From the human T2T-CHM13v2.0 reference genome, Homo sapiens, in assembly GCF_009914755.1 (NCBI RefSeq), contig NC_060938.1: a stretch of 64,000 bases of DNA, one strand, 5' to 3'. Shown here piece after piece: positions 12,148-29,060 of the stretch. Under the pieces are notes generated by a model. That model saw only the letters and a list, made by a program, of their open reading frames with translations. It was not told the origin of the DNA and ran no database searches. Positions within the stretch are counted from its first letter, which is position 1. The number at the start of each line of letters is the position of its first letter. The translations under genes were made by a program, and so were the position numbers.

Positions 12148-12739
12148 ATCAGACTTCTGGGACCAGTGCCCATTTTCCCAATCACTGCACAGTATAGCCT
12201 TGGATGGCATGAGCTACCTTGGTGTCTAGGTCGTTTGTTGTTCCCATGAATGGGTTTTCTCTTTAAATTACAGTGCTATGAATAAAGCTGTTTCACACAA
12301 ATAACATAAGCGCAGTCTCACTATTAAAATGCAAATACAAAATAGGAAAATTGGAACTTACTTCCAACAGCTCACCTGCAGCCGATTGTACCTTCCTGTT
12401 TCCTGCTGGCCACGTTGTCATATTTTCTGCTAAGTAACCAGCCCATCTGCAGGGTCTTTCGGGGATCTCACCGAGGCCAGGTGCAAATCATCAGTCTTGC
12501 AGTCATCAACAAACAATGCTGATGATAAAACCACACAGAAAATACCTTGAAATCCACAGCTACGCAGCAACATTGCTCATTAGTACATCCCATTCTTTGA
12601 CCAGGGGTGAGGGCCAGGCAGGTACATCATTTATCACTTACATGATAGGTGCAGCTGTTTAAGTAGAATTTCTCAGGCCAACTCCAAGCCCGCTGTAACT
12701 AAAACTCACAGCATGGTGTTGGAGGGAAATGTTTAGCAG

Positions 12740-14330
<1,591 letters not shown>

Positions 14331-15330
14331 AACTTCCTTTAGCCAGTCTTTAAGAGTACATCTTGTAGCAAGAATTCTTTTAGTTTTTGTTTATTTGAGA
14401 AGGTATCCATTTTCTGCTCATTTCTGAAGGATAGTTTCATTGGGTATAGAATTCACAATCAACAATTCTTGAACATTGAAAAGTATCTGAGAAAGACTCC
14501 AGCATTTGAATTGGCATCCTTGATAGCTAATGCATCATTTCTCTCTTGCTGCTCAGTGCGGTCACTGGGGCAGTGCATGGAATAGATGGTGTTCAGTCCA
14601 TGTGTGTGACCACTCAACATGTATTTGAGCAGGTGGGCCAGGTGGGCGCTGAAGGGGAGGCTGAGTAGGGTGGTCTGGTGAGTGCTTGTCTAAGCAGGGA
14701 CTTGCCAGAGCATAGCCAAATGCAGGGACAGTGAGGTCGCAGAGTGGGAGGATGGTTTGGAGAGAGGGGCTCAAAATGACATAGGGGAGGGAAAATGTAC
14801 TTATATTTGTTTCTATGTATAAAGGTGATAAGTTTATTGTAGGAAGTTTGTAAATTATAATAATAAAATGATATCCATTCAATTCTACATTATCCAATAG
14901 CATGTGCCACTTACAACATTGAGCAGAACGAACAGACTCCCCCGCATGGCTGGGTTCTCATCTCACGGCTGGAGATCCAGATAGGGCATGGCCATGGCAT
15001 AGGTGTCTGGCAGGAATCTCCTTAAATCATCCCTGGTCATTTATAAATTCCAAACTGATGAGCTATTATCCACTCAGACCCTACTCAAATCACTCTGCCC
15101 TTCCTGACCACCACCCAAACCAATGCCTCCCAACCTGGTCCCTCTTCACTAACAGCATGGAGTGTAAGGAACCACCAAGTTCAAAGCAAAGGCCTTAAAC
15201 ACCCTGAAAATAAGAATTTGTAAAAACATGAATGAAACTGCCAATTTAAAATATTACCTAAAAAATAAATGTCAACAGGATGTTTTATTGCCAAGCTGAC
15301 AAATTTTAAATTATTAATTCAAAGCCATAG

Positions 15331-15686
15331 TGTATTAGTCCATTTTCACACCGCTATAAAGATACTACCTGAGACTGGGTAATTTATAAAGAGAGGAGGT
15401 TTAATTGACTCATAGTTCCGCATGGCTGGGGAGGCCTCAGGAAACTTACAATCATGGCAGAAGGTGAAGGGAAAGCAAGGCACGTCTTATGTGGCAGCAG
15501 GCGAGAGAGAGAGCAGGGGAACCTGCCACTTTTAAACCATCATATCTCATGATAACACCCTATCATGAAAACAGCCTGGGAAAAACCACCCTTGATCTAA
15601 TCACTCCCACCTGGACCCTCCCTGGACACATGGGAATTACAATTGGAGATGAGATTGGGGTGGGGACACAGAGCCAAACCATATCA
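15331..15686 (-). mobile_element. MSTA/THE1-type LTR
   Basis: TGTATTAGTCCATTTTCACACCGCTATAAAG...GGGGACACAGAGCCAAACCATATCA. Confidence 0.85.
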
Positions 15687-16091
15687 CATAGGAACCTAAT
15701 AGGAGAATAAAGTAGGAAAACTTCCACATCAGTAACCCTTTATCAGTTGGTAATCCCAATCTGCAAAATAAAACTATGTAATTTTACCAAGATAATGGAA
15801 TCTTCTCTACAGAAGGATTTTCCAGTGCAAAAGCTCCCCACCACCACCATGAAATGCAGGTGACCATTTCCAATTTGTGTAAAGTCCTCAGTTAGTACTG
15901 AGACTTTTGAAGGTCAAAAATCCCTTTGCTCATGCTGCATGATCTGGACGAGACATAAGAATTTTTAGCTAATAGACATGCAACAGCTTTTGTGTGAAAG
16001 ATGTTATAAGACATTTAAGGTATTTGCTTATGATTAGTAAGTATTTGTTGTATCATTGGAGCACATGTGCTTATATACCCTGGAAAAATTT
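15598..16091. repeat. Left arm of a ~490-bp inverted duplication (partner 22435-22926)
   Basis: Reverse-complement match, e.g. CCATTTCCAATTTGTGTAAAGTCCTCAGTTAGTACTGAGAC vs GTCTCAGTACTAACTGAGGACTTTACACAAATTGGAAATGG. Confidence 0.9.
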
Positions 16092-16289
16092 TCGTCTTGG
16101 AAAAGTATTATTTTGGGGAAAAATATCAGAAAACATATTGTTAGTCTTTGTTTATAGAGTCTCAGCCTTCTAAATTTGAAATTATTGGCAGTTTTCCTCC
16201 AATTGTAATGACAATCAGCCAATTTAAGGAGGTTTTCCAGTTGCAGAATTTTTATAGAGGTGTCCTCTGCTGAAATTTCAGTATTCACT

Positions 16290-18620
16290 ACTTCTTAAAA
16301 ACCCATGCCTGGATGGAGAATGACATCAGCAAGATGGATGAAGAACTTAGAGAAGCCTGGTGTTCACCCACACCCTCCCCATGAGGAAGGAATAAGGCAA
16401 AGAAGAAACAGCTAAGGTTTGACTGGAGTGTTGAAGGGAGACTGACGGAGTGCAGTGGAGGTGTGGAAACGCACCCGTGGTGATCGGAGGGCAGCATGGA
16501 GGCACCTGGCCTTTGCAGCCTTGTCTTCCCCACCCAGATCGGATTGGTCTGGACACAGGAGGGACTTCCCATGTAGGGAAAAGGTAAGCAGATTTCCCGC
16601 CAGCACCCACTGCCACTGCAAACATCTACAGCCCTTGCAACAGGAGAATTCCACAGGTTTTGCAAGCCCTCAGCCAAGTTTGGGAGCTGCCAGGAATGAT
16701 CCCAGATTAGGAGCACAAGGTGTGTACTCCCTGCCCCCATTCATCCACTGTGAGCCTAGCTGCTGCAGCCCAGCGCCACCTTGAGACCGGAGCCGCCTCT
16801 GGAGTGCATCCTGCCCTGAGGCTGGTAGCCACTGCCCCTTTCTAGCATTGGGGCTCCATCTTCAGGATGCCCATATCTGGGTGGCTGAATGCCACAACCC
16901 TGGCTGTGCAGAGCCTAGGCTGAGGATTGGCCGTGACTCTGGCCCTGCACAGCAAAAAACCCAACCCCTGCTGCTGCACATCCAGCTGGAGGAAGAGCCT
17001 GCCAGGCCTGCCCAGGGTGAATCCACCATTGATTTGGCCAAGCTGCTGAGGGCCCTCCCCTGAGCAGGAGAGGCCCCTGAGCCACCGAGCACCTGATACT
17101 AACTCCAGGCTGGCAGAGTGGATATGTGCCCACACTCAGGCACCTGAGAAATAGCCCTGTGGCATCCACTCCAATTTCCACAGGTATGCCGTTGACCTGC
17201 CCAAAGGCTCTGCACCTGAAATTAGGCCTGAGAAACAGCATCATGGGCCACCCCTGGCAGGCACTCCTATAAGCCAGCAAGCAGCTGTGCGCCCATGACC
17301 CCGGCCTGAGAAATAACCCTGTGCCCCTGCAGCCCCCCAGCAGACACACACCCAGGCCAGCTGAGGAAGCCATGTGGCCATGTCCTGGGTCTGAGAAAGA
17401 GCCCATGGGGTGGCCCTGGGAGACACATGCCCAGGCCAGTTGAGCGGCCATGCACTTGTGTCCTGAACCTGAGAAACAGCCCTGTGGATTGCCCTCAGAA
17501 GCCACACCCCCAGGCCAGCCAAAGAGACTTGTGTTTGCATCCTGGGCCTGAGAAACAGCCCCATGTCCCCAACCCTAGTGAGCCTGGCACCAAGTTGGTC
17601 AATCCACCATGTGCATGCATGTGCCCCGACCTCAGAAACAGCCTGGTGAGTCCACCTCTAGCAACGTTGCACTTCCACTGCCACAAACCTCTCAGCCCAG
17701 GCCACTGAGACACTCGCAAACGTCACCAATGTGGACGGCAGCTGAAGAAACGACATGGAGACTACGCTACTGCGTCAACCTAGAACTAAAGCCAGCACGC
17801 CCCGCCACACTGACACCCTGAGACCCGTCTGTACTAGGAAGTCTTTTCCTGCAAAACCTACTCCATTAAATTGCAAGGGATGACTGGTCCGCCAGATGTG
17901 TAGAAATCAACGTAGGAACACATAAAACATGAAAAGGCCAGGAAACACGACACCTGAAAAAGACAACAGTCATTCTCCAGTAGCAGACCCCAATCATAAG
18001 GAAATATACAGAATGTCAGAAAAATAATTCAAAAGGATAATCTCTAAGAAACTCAGGGAGATACAATAGTGTACAGATAGAAAATTCAGTGAAATCAGGA
18101 AAACAATTTATCATTTGAATGAGGAATTCAACAAAGAGATAAGTATCATAAAAAAGAACCAACAGAAATTCCAGAGTTGAAGAATTCAATGAATGAAATT
18201 AAAAGTACAATTGAGACCTTCAAGATTAGACTAGGCCAAGCAAAAGAGTTTCTGAAGTTGAAGACAGATCTTTTGAAATAATTCAGGCAGATGAATAAAA
18301 AGAAAAAAAGAGTAAAAAGGAATGAAGAAAATCCCCAGCATTTATGGGACACAATTAAGTGAACAAATATTTGCATTATGGGTATTCCAAAAGAGTAGGG
18401 AAATGGTGTAGAAAACACGTTTAATGAAATCATAGCTGAAAACTTCCCAGATCCAGGAGGTTCACAGAACCCAAAATAGAACTTCTTTGAGGCACACTGT
18501 CAAAAGTCAAGTTGTCAAAAGTCAAAGACAAAGAATTCCAAAAACAGCAAGAGAAAAACATTGTCACATATTAGAGAATCTCCATTAGACTAAGAACAGA
18601 TTTCAAAAATATGAAAAAGG
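16290..18620 (+). mobile_element. Old L1 (L1PB/L1MA-like) 5'UTR plus degenerate ORF1
   Basis: GC-rich UTR with recurring CCTGAGAAACAGCCC subrepeats, then ORF1-like GAAATCAGGAAAACAATT...CCATTAGACTAAGAACAGATTTC. Confidence 0.65.
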
Positions 18621-18706
18621 GTTTTCTATGATCTCTGTTGCTGAGCCAAAAAAAAAAAAAAAACAACAACAGTTTAAGACACAGCAAGAAGTTCCATTTT
18701 TGCTTA

Positions 18707-19444
<738 letters not shown>

Positions 19445-21563
19445 TCAGGTCTACAACTGGGTTTCCCTAGAGCCATGTTCTTCAGCAGATTGGATGCAAA
19501 GAGGAGCTCAGAGGCAGGGCCCCTGGGTGTGATGACTCTGAAATTCCAGCATTTGGCGTCCTACATCAACCAAAGTCTATATACCCTTATTCATAGATCA
19601 GATCCCCTTCATTTATTCACCCATTCACTCATTCATGCAACAAATCCTGAGGGCCGATGGTACTAACCCCCACCCCCTGGCATGAGGAGGCATCCCTAGG
19701 CAGATGCACCATCCCTGTGCCCCTGGGGCCAGGTGCCAGGTCCCTAGAGTAAGAAGGCTCAACACCCACACCACCCCAGGCAGTCCCACCACTTCGGGAG
19801 TGAAGGGCAGCAGGTCAGCATTCTGGTCCAGGAAAAGCCTGCAGTGGAAAGGAGAGGGGTTTTGCTTCTGTGTGGTGGGGCAGGATGGAGCCGAGTGCAG
19901 GGAGCTGTGAGCTTCTAAAGGGAGGTCCACAGAGCACAGTGGGCAAGGGCAGCTCATCCCAAACCCCAAGGGTGGTGGAAACACCCCAGGATGGGGTTGG
20001 ATGGGTGAGTAGGAGCTTTTTTTTTTTTAACCACCTCAATCATGAATCTGCAAGAGTGAGAGCTAATGACAGGTGACTATGGCGCACACAGTGTCTAGGA
20101 GGGGCCTGTTTCTGTCCAGTGACACTTTCTCCTTACATGGCCCCAGAGTGTAACACCCGAGTTTCTGTGGTTCTCGGGGCCTACAGTTCTACCCTCTACT
20201 CCTCAGTACTCACATGCGTCACCCACAGGCGTTGCATCTGTGGGGTGGGAACGGGGGTGCCACCACTCCTCACCACATCCAAGGCCCACTGCAGGCTGGC
20301 TGATCTGTGGGGATTTGTGGTTCCAGGGCATGGCAGGTCAGCTGCTTTCCGGAGGACTATGGGTGGATATCTCCTGGGCATGGAGCTCACCGCACAGCCA
20401 AGGGAGGGCTCGGAGTGCACTGGGGAAAGGCCGCCCCCAGGGCATTCCTGGTGACTGGCTGGGGCTGTGAACGTGGAAACTGCACTGTGTGAGGAGAGGG
20501 CGAGGCAGTGAGTGTGGCTGCCTCCCAGTGATGTGGGACTGTGCCTCTGCAAGGGGTCGAACCTGTGTCCTCCTGTTGATGGTGGACCCATTGTCCTCAT
20601 CCACACCTCCACAGGCCTTTCCCTGACTCACTGTAGAACCTGACTATGGCCCCGATAGACAAAGACTTTCCCGCCTGCATTCTCGGTCTACAGCCCATCC
20701 TGAGCCCAGGGCGAGGTCCAGGCTTGCACAGGAAGGAGGCACTGATGGGCACGGGGTGGACTGTAGCCACGGAGGGCTGCACAGTGCTGCCAGGCGAATT
20801 AGCAGACTCCTAGCTCCCAAATGCAGGGCCAGTTTCCTCTCAGGAACCTACCCTCATTTCCTTGGTAGCCCATTTCATGCACTGGGCTCTGAAGAGTTCT
20901 GGTGCAGGATGAGGAGGTGGGGCTGAGGTCTGGACAGACAAAGGTGTGCGTCCCATGGGGCCCACATCGTGGGGCTTGGGAATGATGATGTGTCCAGGAG
21001 AGGGCATAGCCTCCACGCCTCGTTCTTGAGAGGGCCTGTGGTGTGGCTTTGGAAATTGGATAAGAATGGTGGCCGCAGCTGCTGGTGCTATAAGAACGGT
21101 CACAGCTGAGCAGCGGCCACAGTCCCCCGAGAGTGTCCTCTCCAAGGCACCGTGCAGCTGCTAACACCACCCACCCAGTGCCTGCGCGTCCTGAACTACC
21201 CAGAAAACCTACCTCAAGTTGAAAGGAAAAAGCAAAACTGTCTCTGTTCAGAGATTATATGGTTATAGACATAGAAAATCTTAAAGAATCTGAAAAAAAA
21301 ATAAATCCCCAAAACAAAAACGGACTGTTCAAACTAAGAAAATCAAGGACATTTGAGCATATTAGCACCAAACAATTGGAAAATTAATTTTGAAAGGAAA
21401 AAACTTGTGAAGACATAAAAAGCAATCAGGATATACCTTAGAAGAAACATAAAACGATGTGGAGTTCTTTACACAGAAAATTGTAAAACATTGCTCAGAG
21501 GCTATGAACATATGAAGAGATACACCACATATTGGATGCATGGATTGGAAAACTCAGTGTAAT

Positions 21564-22343
21564 TGAGAGACAGGACTAGCTGGATTTCCTAGGCCGACTA
21601 AGAATCCCTAAGCCCAGCTGGGAAGGTGACCACTTCCACCTTTAAACACGGGGCTTGCAACTCAGCTCACACCCGACCAATCAGATAGTAAAGAGAGCTC
21701 ACTAAAATGCTAATTAGGCAAAAGCAGGAGGTAAAGAAATAGCCAATCATCTATCACCTGAGAGCACAGCGGGAGGGACAATGATCGGGATATAAACCCA
21801 GGCATTCGAGCCGGTAACAGCTACCCTCTTTGGGTCCCCTCCCTTTGTATGGGAGCTCTGTCTTCACTCTACTAAATCTTGCAACTGCACTCTTCTGGTC
21901 CATGTTTGTTACGGCTCGAGCTTCGCTTTCGCTCACCGTCCACCACTGCTGTTTGCCCCCGTGGGAGACCCACCGCTGGCTTCCATCCCTCCGGATCCAT
22001 CAGGGTATCCGCTGTGCTCCTGATCCAGCGAGGCGCCCATTGCCACTCTCGATCGGACCAAATGCTCGCCATTGTTCCTGCACGGCTAAGTGCCTGGGTT
22101 CGTCCTAATCGAGCTGAACACTAGTCACTGGGTTCCACGGTTCTCTTCCGTGACCCACGGCTTCTAATAGAGCTATAACACTCACTGCATGGCCCAAGCT
22201 TCCATTCCTTGGAATCCGTGAGGCCAAGAACCCCAGGTCAGAGAACATGAGGCTTGCCACCATCTTGGAAGTGGCCTGCGGTCATTTTGGAAGCGGCCTG
22301 CCACCATCTTGGGAGCTCTGGGAGCAAGGGCCCCCCAATAACA
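21564..22343 (+). mobile_element. HERV-W solo LTR (LTR17), 780 bp, inserted in an old L1 fragment
   Basis: TGAGAGACAGGACTAGCTGGATTTCCTAGGCCGACTAAGAATCCC...AACA, flanked by a 4-bp TSD TAAT (21560-63 and 22344-47). Confidence 0.9.
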
Positions 22344-22434
22344 TAATTAAGATGCCAGTTTTCCCTAAATAAAATCTATAGTTTAAATTTAATCCAAATC
22401 AAAATCCCATTCAACCCAGCAATTCAATTACTGG

Positions 22435-22926
22435 AATTTCTCCAGGGTATAAAAGCACATGTGCTCCAATGATACAATGAATGCTTAGTAATCACAAGCA
22501 AATACCTTAAATGTCTCATAACATCTTTCACACAAAAGCTGTTGCATGTCTATTAGCTAATGATTCTTACATCTCATCCGGACCATGCAGCATGAGCAAA
22601 GGGATTTCTAACCTTCCGAAGTCTCAGTACTAACTGAGGACTTTACACAAATTGGAAATGGTCACGTGCATTTCATGGTGAGGGTGGGGAGCTTTTGCAC
22701 TGGAAAGTCCTGTAGAGAAGATTCCGTTATCTTAGTAAAATCACACAGTTTTACTTTGCAGATTGGGATTACTATCGGATAAAGGGTTACTGATGTGGGA
22801 AGTTTTCCTACTTTATTATCCTTTTAGGTTCCTATGTGATACGGTTTGGCTCTGTGTCCCCACCCCAATCTCATCTCTAGTTGTAATTCTGATGTATCAA
22901 GGAAGGGTCCAGGTGGGAGGTGATTA
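22435..22926. repeat. Right arm of the inverted duplication (partner 15598-16091), including a partial MSTA end
   Basis: Reverse complement of 15598-16091. Confidence 0.9.
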
Positions 22927-23085
22927 CAGGCATCTGCCACCACGCCCAGCTAATTTTTGTGTTTTTAGTAGAGACAGGTTTTGCCATGTTGGCCAGGCTG
23001 GTCTCAAAGTCCTGACCTCAAGTGATCCGCCTGCCTCGGCCTCCCACAGTGCTGGGATTACAGGTGTGAGCCACTGCACCCGGGC
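22921..23085 (-). mobile_element. Partial AluS
   Basis: GATTACAGGCATCTGCCACCACGCCCAGCTAATTTTTG...GTGAGCCACTGCACCCGG. Confidence 0.85.
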
Positions 23086-24206
23086 TCCAGGCTACACTTG
23101 AAGCATTTCTTAGGTTCAGTTCAGAGCAGCCTTTAGTCCTGAATTAATGTGGCACCACTACTCACGAGATTACTTCGGAAGATTGCTTGAAGCTTTACAT
23201 ATCTCAAGGTCTTTCCACCCTGGCTGGGAGAACACAAACAATGCTTTCCTTGTGTAGGCTCTGTGTAGTTTTGGGTCCACAGGTTTCTGGTGATTTCCCC
23301 CTGATATCGAGTAGTTTCTTTTCATGCAGGCATAAGTCAGGCATAAGTCAGTTCTCAGCCCCAAACCTGAGGGATCCCCCTCCCTGCGGCAAGTCTCCAG
23401 CTGTTCTCCCCCCGCCCCACCCCGGCCCATCCTGGCTGCACAGCAGCCTGCTCCCCGGTGCTCCTCCCCTCGGGCTGCTGCTGCCTTGAACTCTGCTCTC
23501 TGTCCGCTCAGCTCACTAAGCCTTTCCGTGTGTCCTGGCAGCTGCTTTCAGGCAATAGCAGGATTCGTTCATTTGTTTTTCTTTTCTCAGGGGTTATGAT
23601 CCTGTGATGCTTGTTTCCAAATGTCTGAAAACTACTTTTTCAAAACATTTCCACCTCAGTGTTCTATTTGTTTAAGGAATGTGGGTAAGTGCATTTTACC
23701 CACAGGGCTTGAACCAACATTCAAAATTTTATGTTAGAACCTGTTAAAGACAAAGGGCAAAACTGATCACAAACTCAAATGCAGGACAGTTGCACTGCGA
23801 TTCTTTTTTCGTTAGGTTACAGCCCTTATGTGTTGTACTCCGCGGGCGCAGGCTGAGAGCCGTCTGCACCTTTGTTACTGCGGCCCGACGCCCTCTTGCC
23901 AGGGCCACAGCAGCATCCCCCGGGTCACCGAGCCGGGGCTTTCCCACGTGCCTCCTTACAATTGCTATGTTTCTGCAAGCAGAGGCCCAAGGAAGTATGA
24001 AGCACTCCTCAATATCTAAATTAGCTAGCAAAACTCTACAGGGTGATTAAAAAAAAAAAAAAAAAACAACTGTGAAGGTGAGAGGTGCAGTGAGTCCTTG
24101 GCAGAGGCCGTTTGCTCAGGGAAAGTAAAACCAATGACCTGACTCAACGCGGACACGTCTGCCCCGCCCCCTAAAACCTGCTTCTGGGGCCGCTGTGTGG
24201 TCTGGA

Positions 24207-24220
24207 GCGCCGCCTGGTGG
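24207..24220 (-). promoter_or_regulatory. RSS-adjacent CTCF motif of IGHVII-1-1
   Basis: Minus strand CCACCAGGCGGCGC, ~21 bp past the nonamer, the typical position of VH-associated CTCF sites. Confidence 0.7.
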
Positions 24221-24241
24221 TCTTGTGCTTCCCTGCAGGGA

Positions 24242-24653
24242 GGTTTGTGTCTGGGCTCACGCTGAGGTCCCCATTCTGTCTCCCACGGGAATGTGCGGCC
24301 CTGCCCTTGGCCATCACGGAGCTCAGCTGCAGGGATAACTGGGCCTTGGATGTGTCTCTACAGATGGAGAGTTGGCCCAGAAAGGCTGGGCTGAAGTGTG
24401 TGCTGCCCCTGGAGCTGAGGTGCCCCAGCGCCTTCCCAGAGGGCTGCTGGGTCCAGGCCCAGAGGTCTGTGAGGACCTCACCAGCCCTGGGCATGACTCC
24501 AGTAGCTGCATCTGATGCAGGACACTCAGGGACAAGAAGCAAAGAGATGAGTCACAAGCGGACACCACAGCCCACAGCCCCCGTTCTGAAATCTCTGAGA
24601 CACTCACATGGAGGTACAGCCATCAGGCAGAGGACGACACACAGAGATCTCAT
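24242..24653 (-). pseudogene. IGHVII-1-1: Clan II VH pseudogene
   Basis: VH4-like leader MRSLCVVLCLMAVPP (24653-24608) followed by GTGAGT. QMQLLESCPGLVRSSQT is followed by an internal deletion/frameshift, then WTQQPSGK...RDTSKAQLSLQLSSV. The nonamer ACACAAACC is intact but the heptamer has decayed to GACAGAA. Confidence 0.85.
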
Positions 24654-26109
24654 GTTTTCCTCAACAAGGGGCTCGACTTTCTCAGTGGCCTCTCCAGGAC
24701 AGAACAAGAAAAAATAACTGGCTGTCTCTAGTTTGAGGTTGCATTTCGCTGGGTCTCTGGGATGGAAATGTGTCTTGTGTCTTCAGGAGTCTGCAGGGCA
24801 GCCGCTGCTGTGACTCAGGTAGAAACTTCTCTCCCCTGATGTCCTGGCCCCTCGTTATCCCTGCCACAGTGCAATCAGACTGGGCACCGCTTTAGGGAGA
24901 AACGGAGGACATGGAGTGAGGGCAGGGTAGTGGAGACTATTGAAGAGAGTCAAAACTCTCCAGGGGTAGAGACGCCTCCAGGACCCCTTGGCATTGTTTT
25001 CTTCACTTTGCAGGAGTAGGAAGGAGCTGAGAGTCTAGACAGAGCCTCAGATGCACAACCCTGATTTGGCATATCGGGGAGCAATCTCATCAGCCCAGGA
25101 GAAGGCCCAGGAGAAGGGGCAGCTCTTTGTGCCTCTGCAGAGAAGCGGCAGGGACTGGGAGGACATTTTCCCTGCCCAGCAGGTGGTGCTGCCTCCTTGT
25201 TCCCTGCCTGGCACAGCCTCGGGGTGCAGCTGCTGGCTTTCCCAGGGTCTGTGGAGAGCGTCTTCTTGGTACTTCCTTAACGTCAAATAAAGTGAATGCC
25301 TTCTCAATGCACATCTTAATTCATCATTGGAAAGGCCAAGACACACGCACACACACATCTATATGTTTTTCTGACAAGAGCTAGAGACAATTGATAAGTA
25401 TGTTATCTGACTGTAGTTCACCTTAAGGAGGAAAAAACTATTAAGAAATTTCTTAAGTGTAAATTGTGCCTAATTATGAGTAAATTAGTAACAGAAGTAA
25501 AAAATAATAACTGCAGTCAACTTATACACTTTAAAAGAATACTCTGTGAAACAATGACGTGTTATCAAAAAAGGGACACTTAATTTGTTATGTGTGGTGA
25601 TGGTCAATGAGCAGACTCGTGTTCTTGCTGGAGAAGTCGCAGCATCCCCACAGGTGGACTTCCTGCAGCAATCTTGTGTGTCTCACACTTCTGTCCAAAG
25701 CATGTAAGGGGGGAACTCAGTGCGCACAGGAACCTGACGCCTGCCACCCAAGGGATGCGTGAGCTTCCGTATAAGCAGAAGAAGATGGAAACTTCAGCAC
25801 CTGCAACAGAAGAGGCTTTCTGCTTTGGGGACCCAAACAGTTCCATCTATGGTGGAGATGTAGGCTCATTCCTACATCAACGTCAACAAGCCATTGGACA
25901 CAACAACATTTAGGAGTAGTCGACCGCACCTTCTCCAATGTGGCCTGCACAGCCCAGGCTGCAGGGTGGGAGAGGTCGATTCTGGAGAAAAGTCATTCCT
26001 GCTCCCCTGGTACACTCTCCTCCCCCACTGCTTCATACAGGGACCAATGTGATGATGCCATCATGATGTTGAAGCACACACTGAGCCCTGTAATCAATTA
26101 GAGGGCTTT

Positions 26110-26660
26110 CCTATCCACCCATCCACACACACATCCACCCATCCACTCACCCGTCCATCCGTCCACCACTTATCCATGCATCCATCCACCCACCCAGCCA
26201 TGCATTCATCCAGCCATCCCACAATCCACCCACCCACCCACACATCCAAACGTCCATCCACGAATTCATGCATCTGTCCACCCATCCAGCCATGCATTCA
26301 TCCAGCCATCCCACAATCCACCCACCCACCCACACATCCAAACGTCCATCCACGAATTCATGCATCTGTCCACCCATCCAGCCATGCATTCATCCAGCCA
26401 TCCCACAATCCACCCACCCACCCACACATCCAAACGTCCATCCACGAATTCATGCATCTGTCCACCCATCCAGCCATGCATTCATCCAGCCATCCCACAA
26501 TCCACCCACCCACCCACACATCCAAACATCCATCCACTAATTCATGCATGTGTCCACCCATCCAGCCATGCATTCATCCAGCCATCCCACAATCCACCCA
26601 CCCACCCACACATCCAAACGTCCATCCACTAATTCATGCATCTGTCCACCCATCCAGCTA
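26110..26660. repeat. (CCAT)n-derived region containing a 92-bp unit x5
   Basis: CATGCATTCATCCAGCCATCCCACAATCC... starts at 26199, 26291, 26383, 26475 and 26567. Confidence 0.9.
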
Positions 26661-26662
26661 TC

Positions 26663-27632
<970 letters not shown>

Positions 27633-27634
27633 AC

Positions 27635-27920
27635 ATCCATCCCTTCACATACCCATTCATCCATCCATCCATCCATCCACTCACTTATCTATCCAAGTAC
27701 TCATCCATGCATGTAGCCACCCACCTACCCACCCATTCATCCACTCACCCATCCATCCACCCATCCATGCATCCATCAACCTACCCATCCACCCATACAT
27801 GCATCCATCTATCTTTTCACTCTTCCATCCACACACCTACTCAGCCATCCATCCATCCATCTATCCATCCATCCATCCATCCATCCATCCATCCATCCAT
27901 CCATCCATCCACTAATCCAT
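27635..27920. repeat. (CCAT)n simple repeat
   Basis: Direct reading. Confidence 0.9.
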
Positions 27921-28408
27921 GGTTGGGTCCATCTGTCTGTGCCACAAACATGCAAAGATAAGTTCCATGTGACAAGTCTGAACTCAGTGTTGGAATCATG
28001 GGAGGGGCAAGGTGGAACAGGCTGGCTTCCTCACCACTGTTAACACTGTGGGGAGAAGGCCGATGGCAAACTCACTTCCATGTTAAATTTCCTAAAAGAG
28101 GAAGGGGAGTGTCATGCTAGAGAGTAATGGAAGCTCCCACTGTTGACACAGAGGTAATAAATGCCTGTCTGATGAGCTAAGACCTGCAGGAACAGAAACA
28201 GTCAGCCACATGAAAACAAGGCAGGAAAGAGGCCTATGGCAGAAGAGCAGCTGCTGAAAGTTCCCTTAGGTTGGGCAAAGCTGTTACGTTTTGAGGAACT
28301 AAGAACAGTCCAAGGGCAAGCCACCGCCCTGTGTTTCTCCTCTTCCCCTGTGTCTGTCTGATGACCCCACAGGTTGCCCTCTTTCACTTTGTATCTCTCA
28401 TTTCTGTG

Positions 28409-28444
<36 letters not shown>

Positions 28445-28597
28445 CCTTCATCTGGCTTATCTCTCTGTATATCTTTTTGTCTTATTATTTCAACAAGGGC
28501 TCTTAGGGTCCATCTACCGTGCTGGAAACTTTCTTCTCACCAACCATTGTAAGTTGGAGAATGTTTTCTCCACCTTATTACAAAATGTTATAGCTAA

Positions 28598-29060
<463 letters not shown>

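Noticed and set aside
17140-17650. Recurring CCTGAGAAACAGCCC motif
   Set aside because: Best explained as internal subrepeats of an old L1 5'UTR.
25040-25950. Non-repetitive, vaguely protein-like short ORFs (also 20100-21170 and 58500-59550)
   Set aside because: I recognise no family and see no consistent frame, polyA tail or TSD; a tBLASTx/BLASTn search would be needed.
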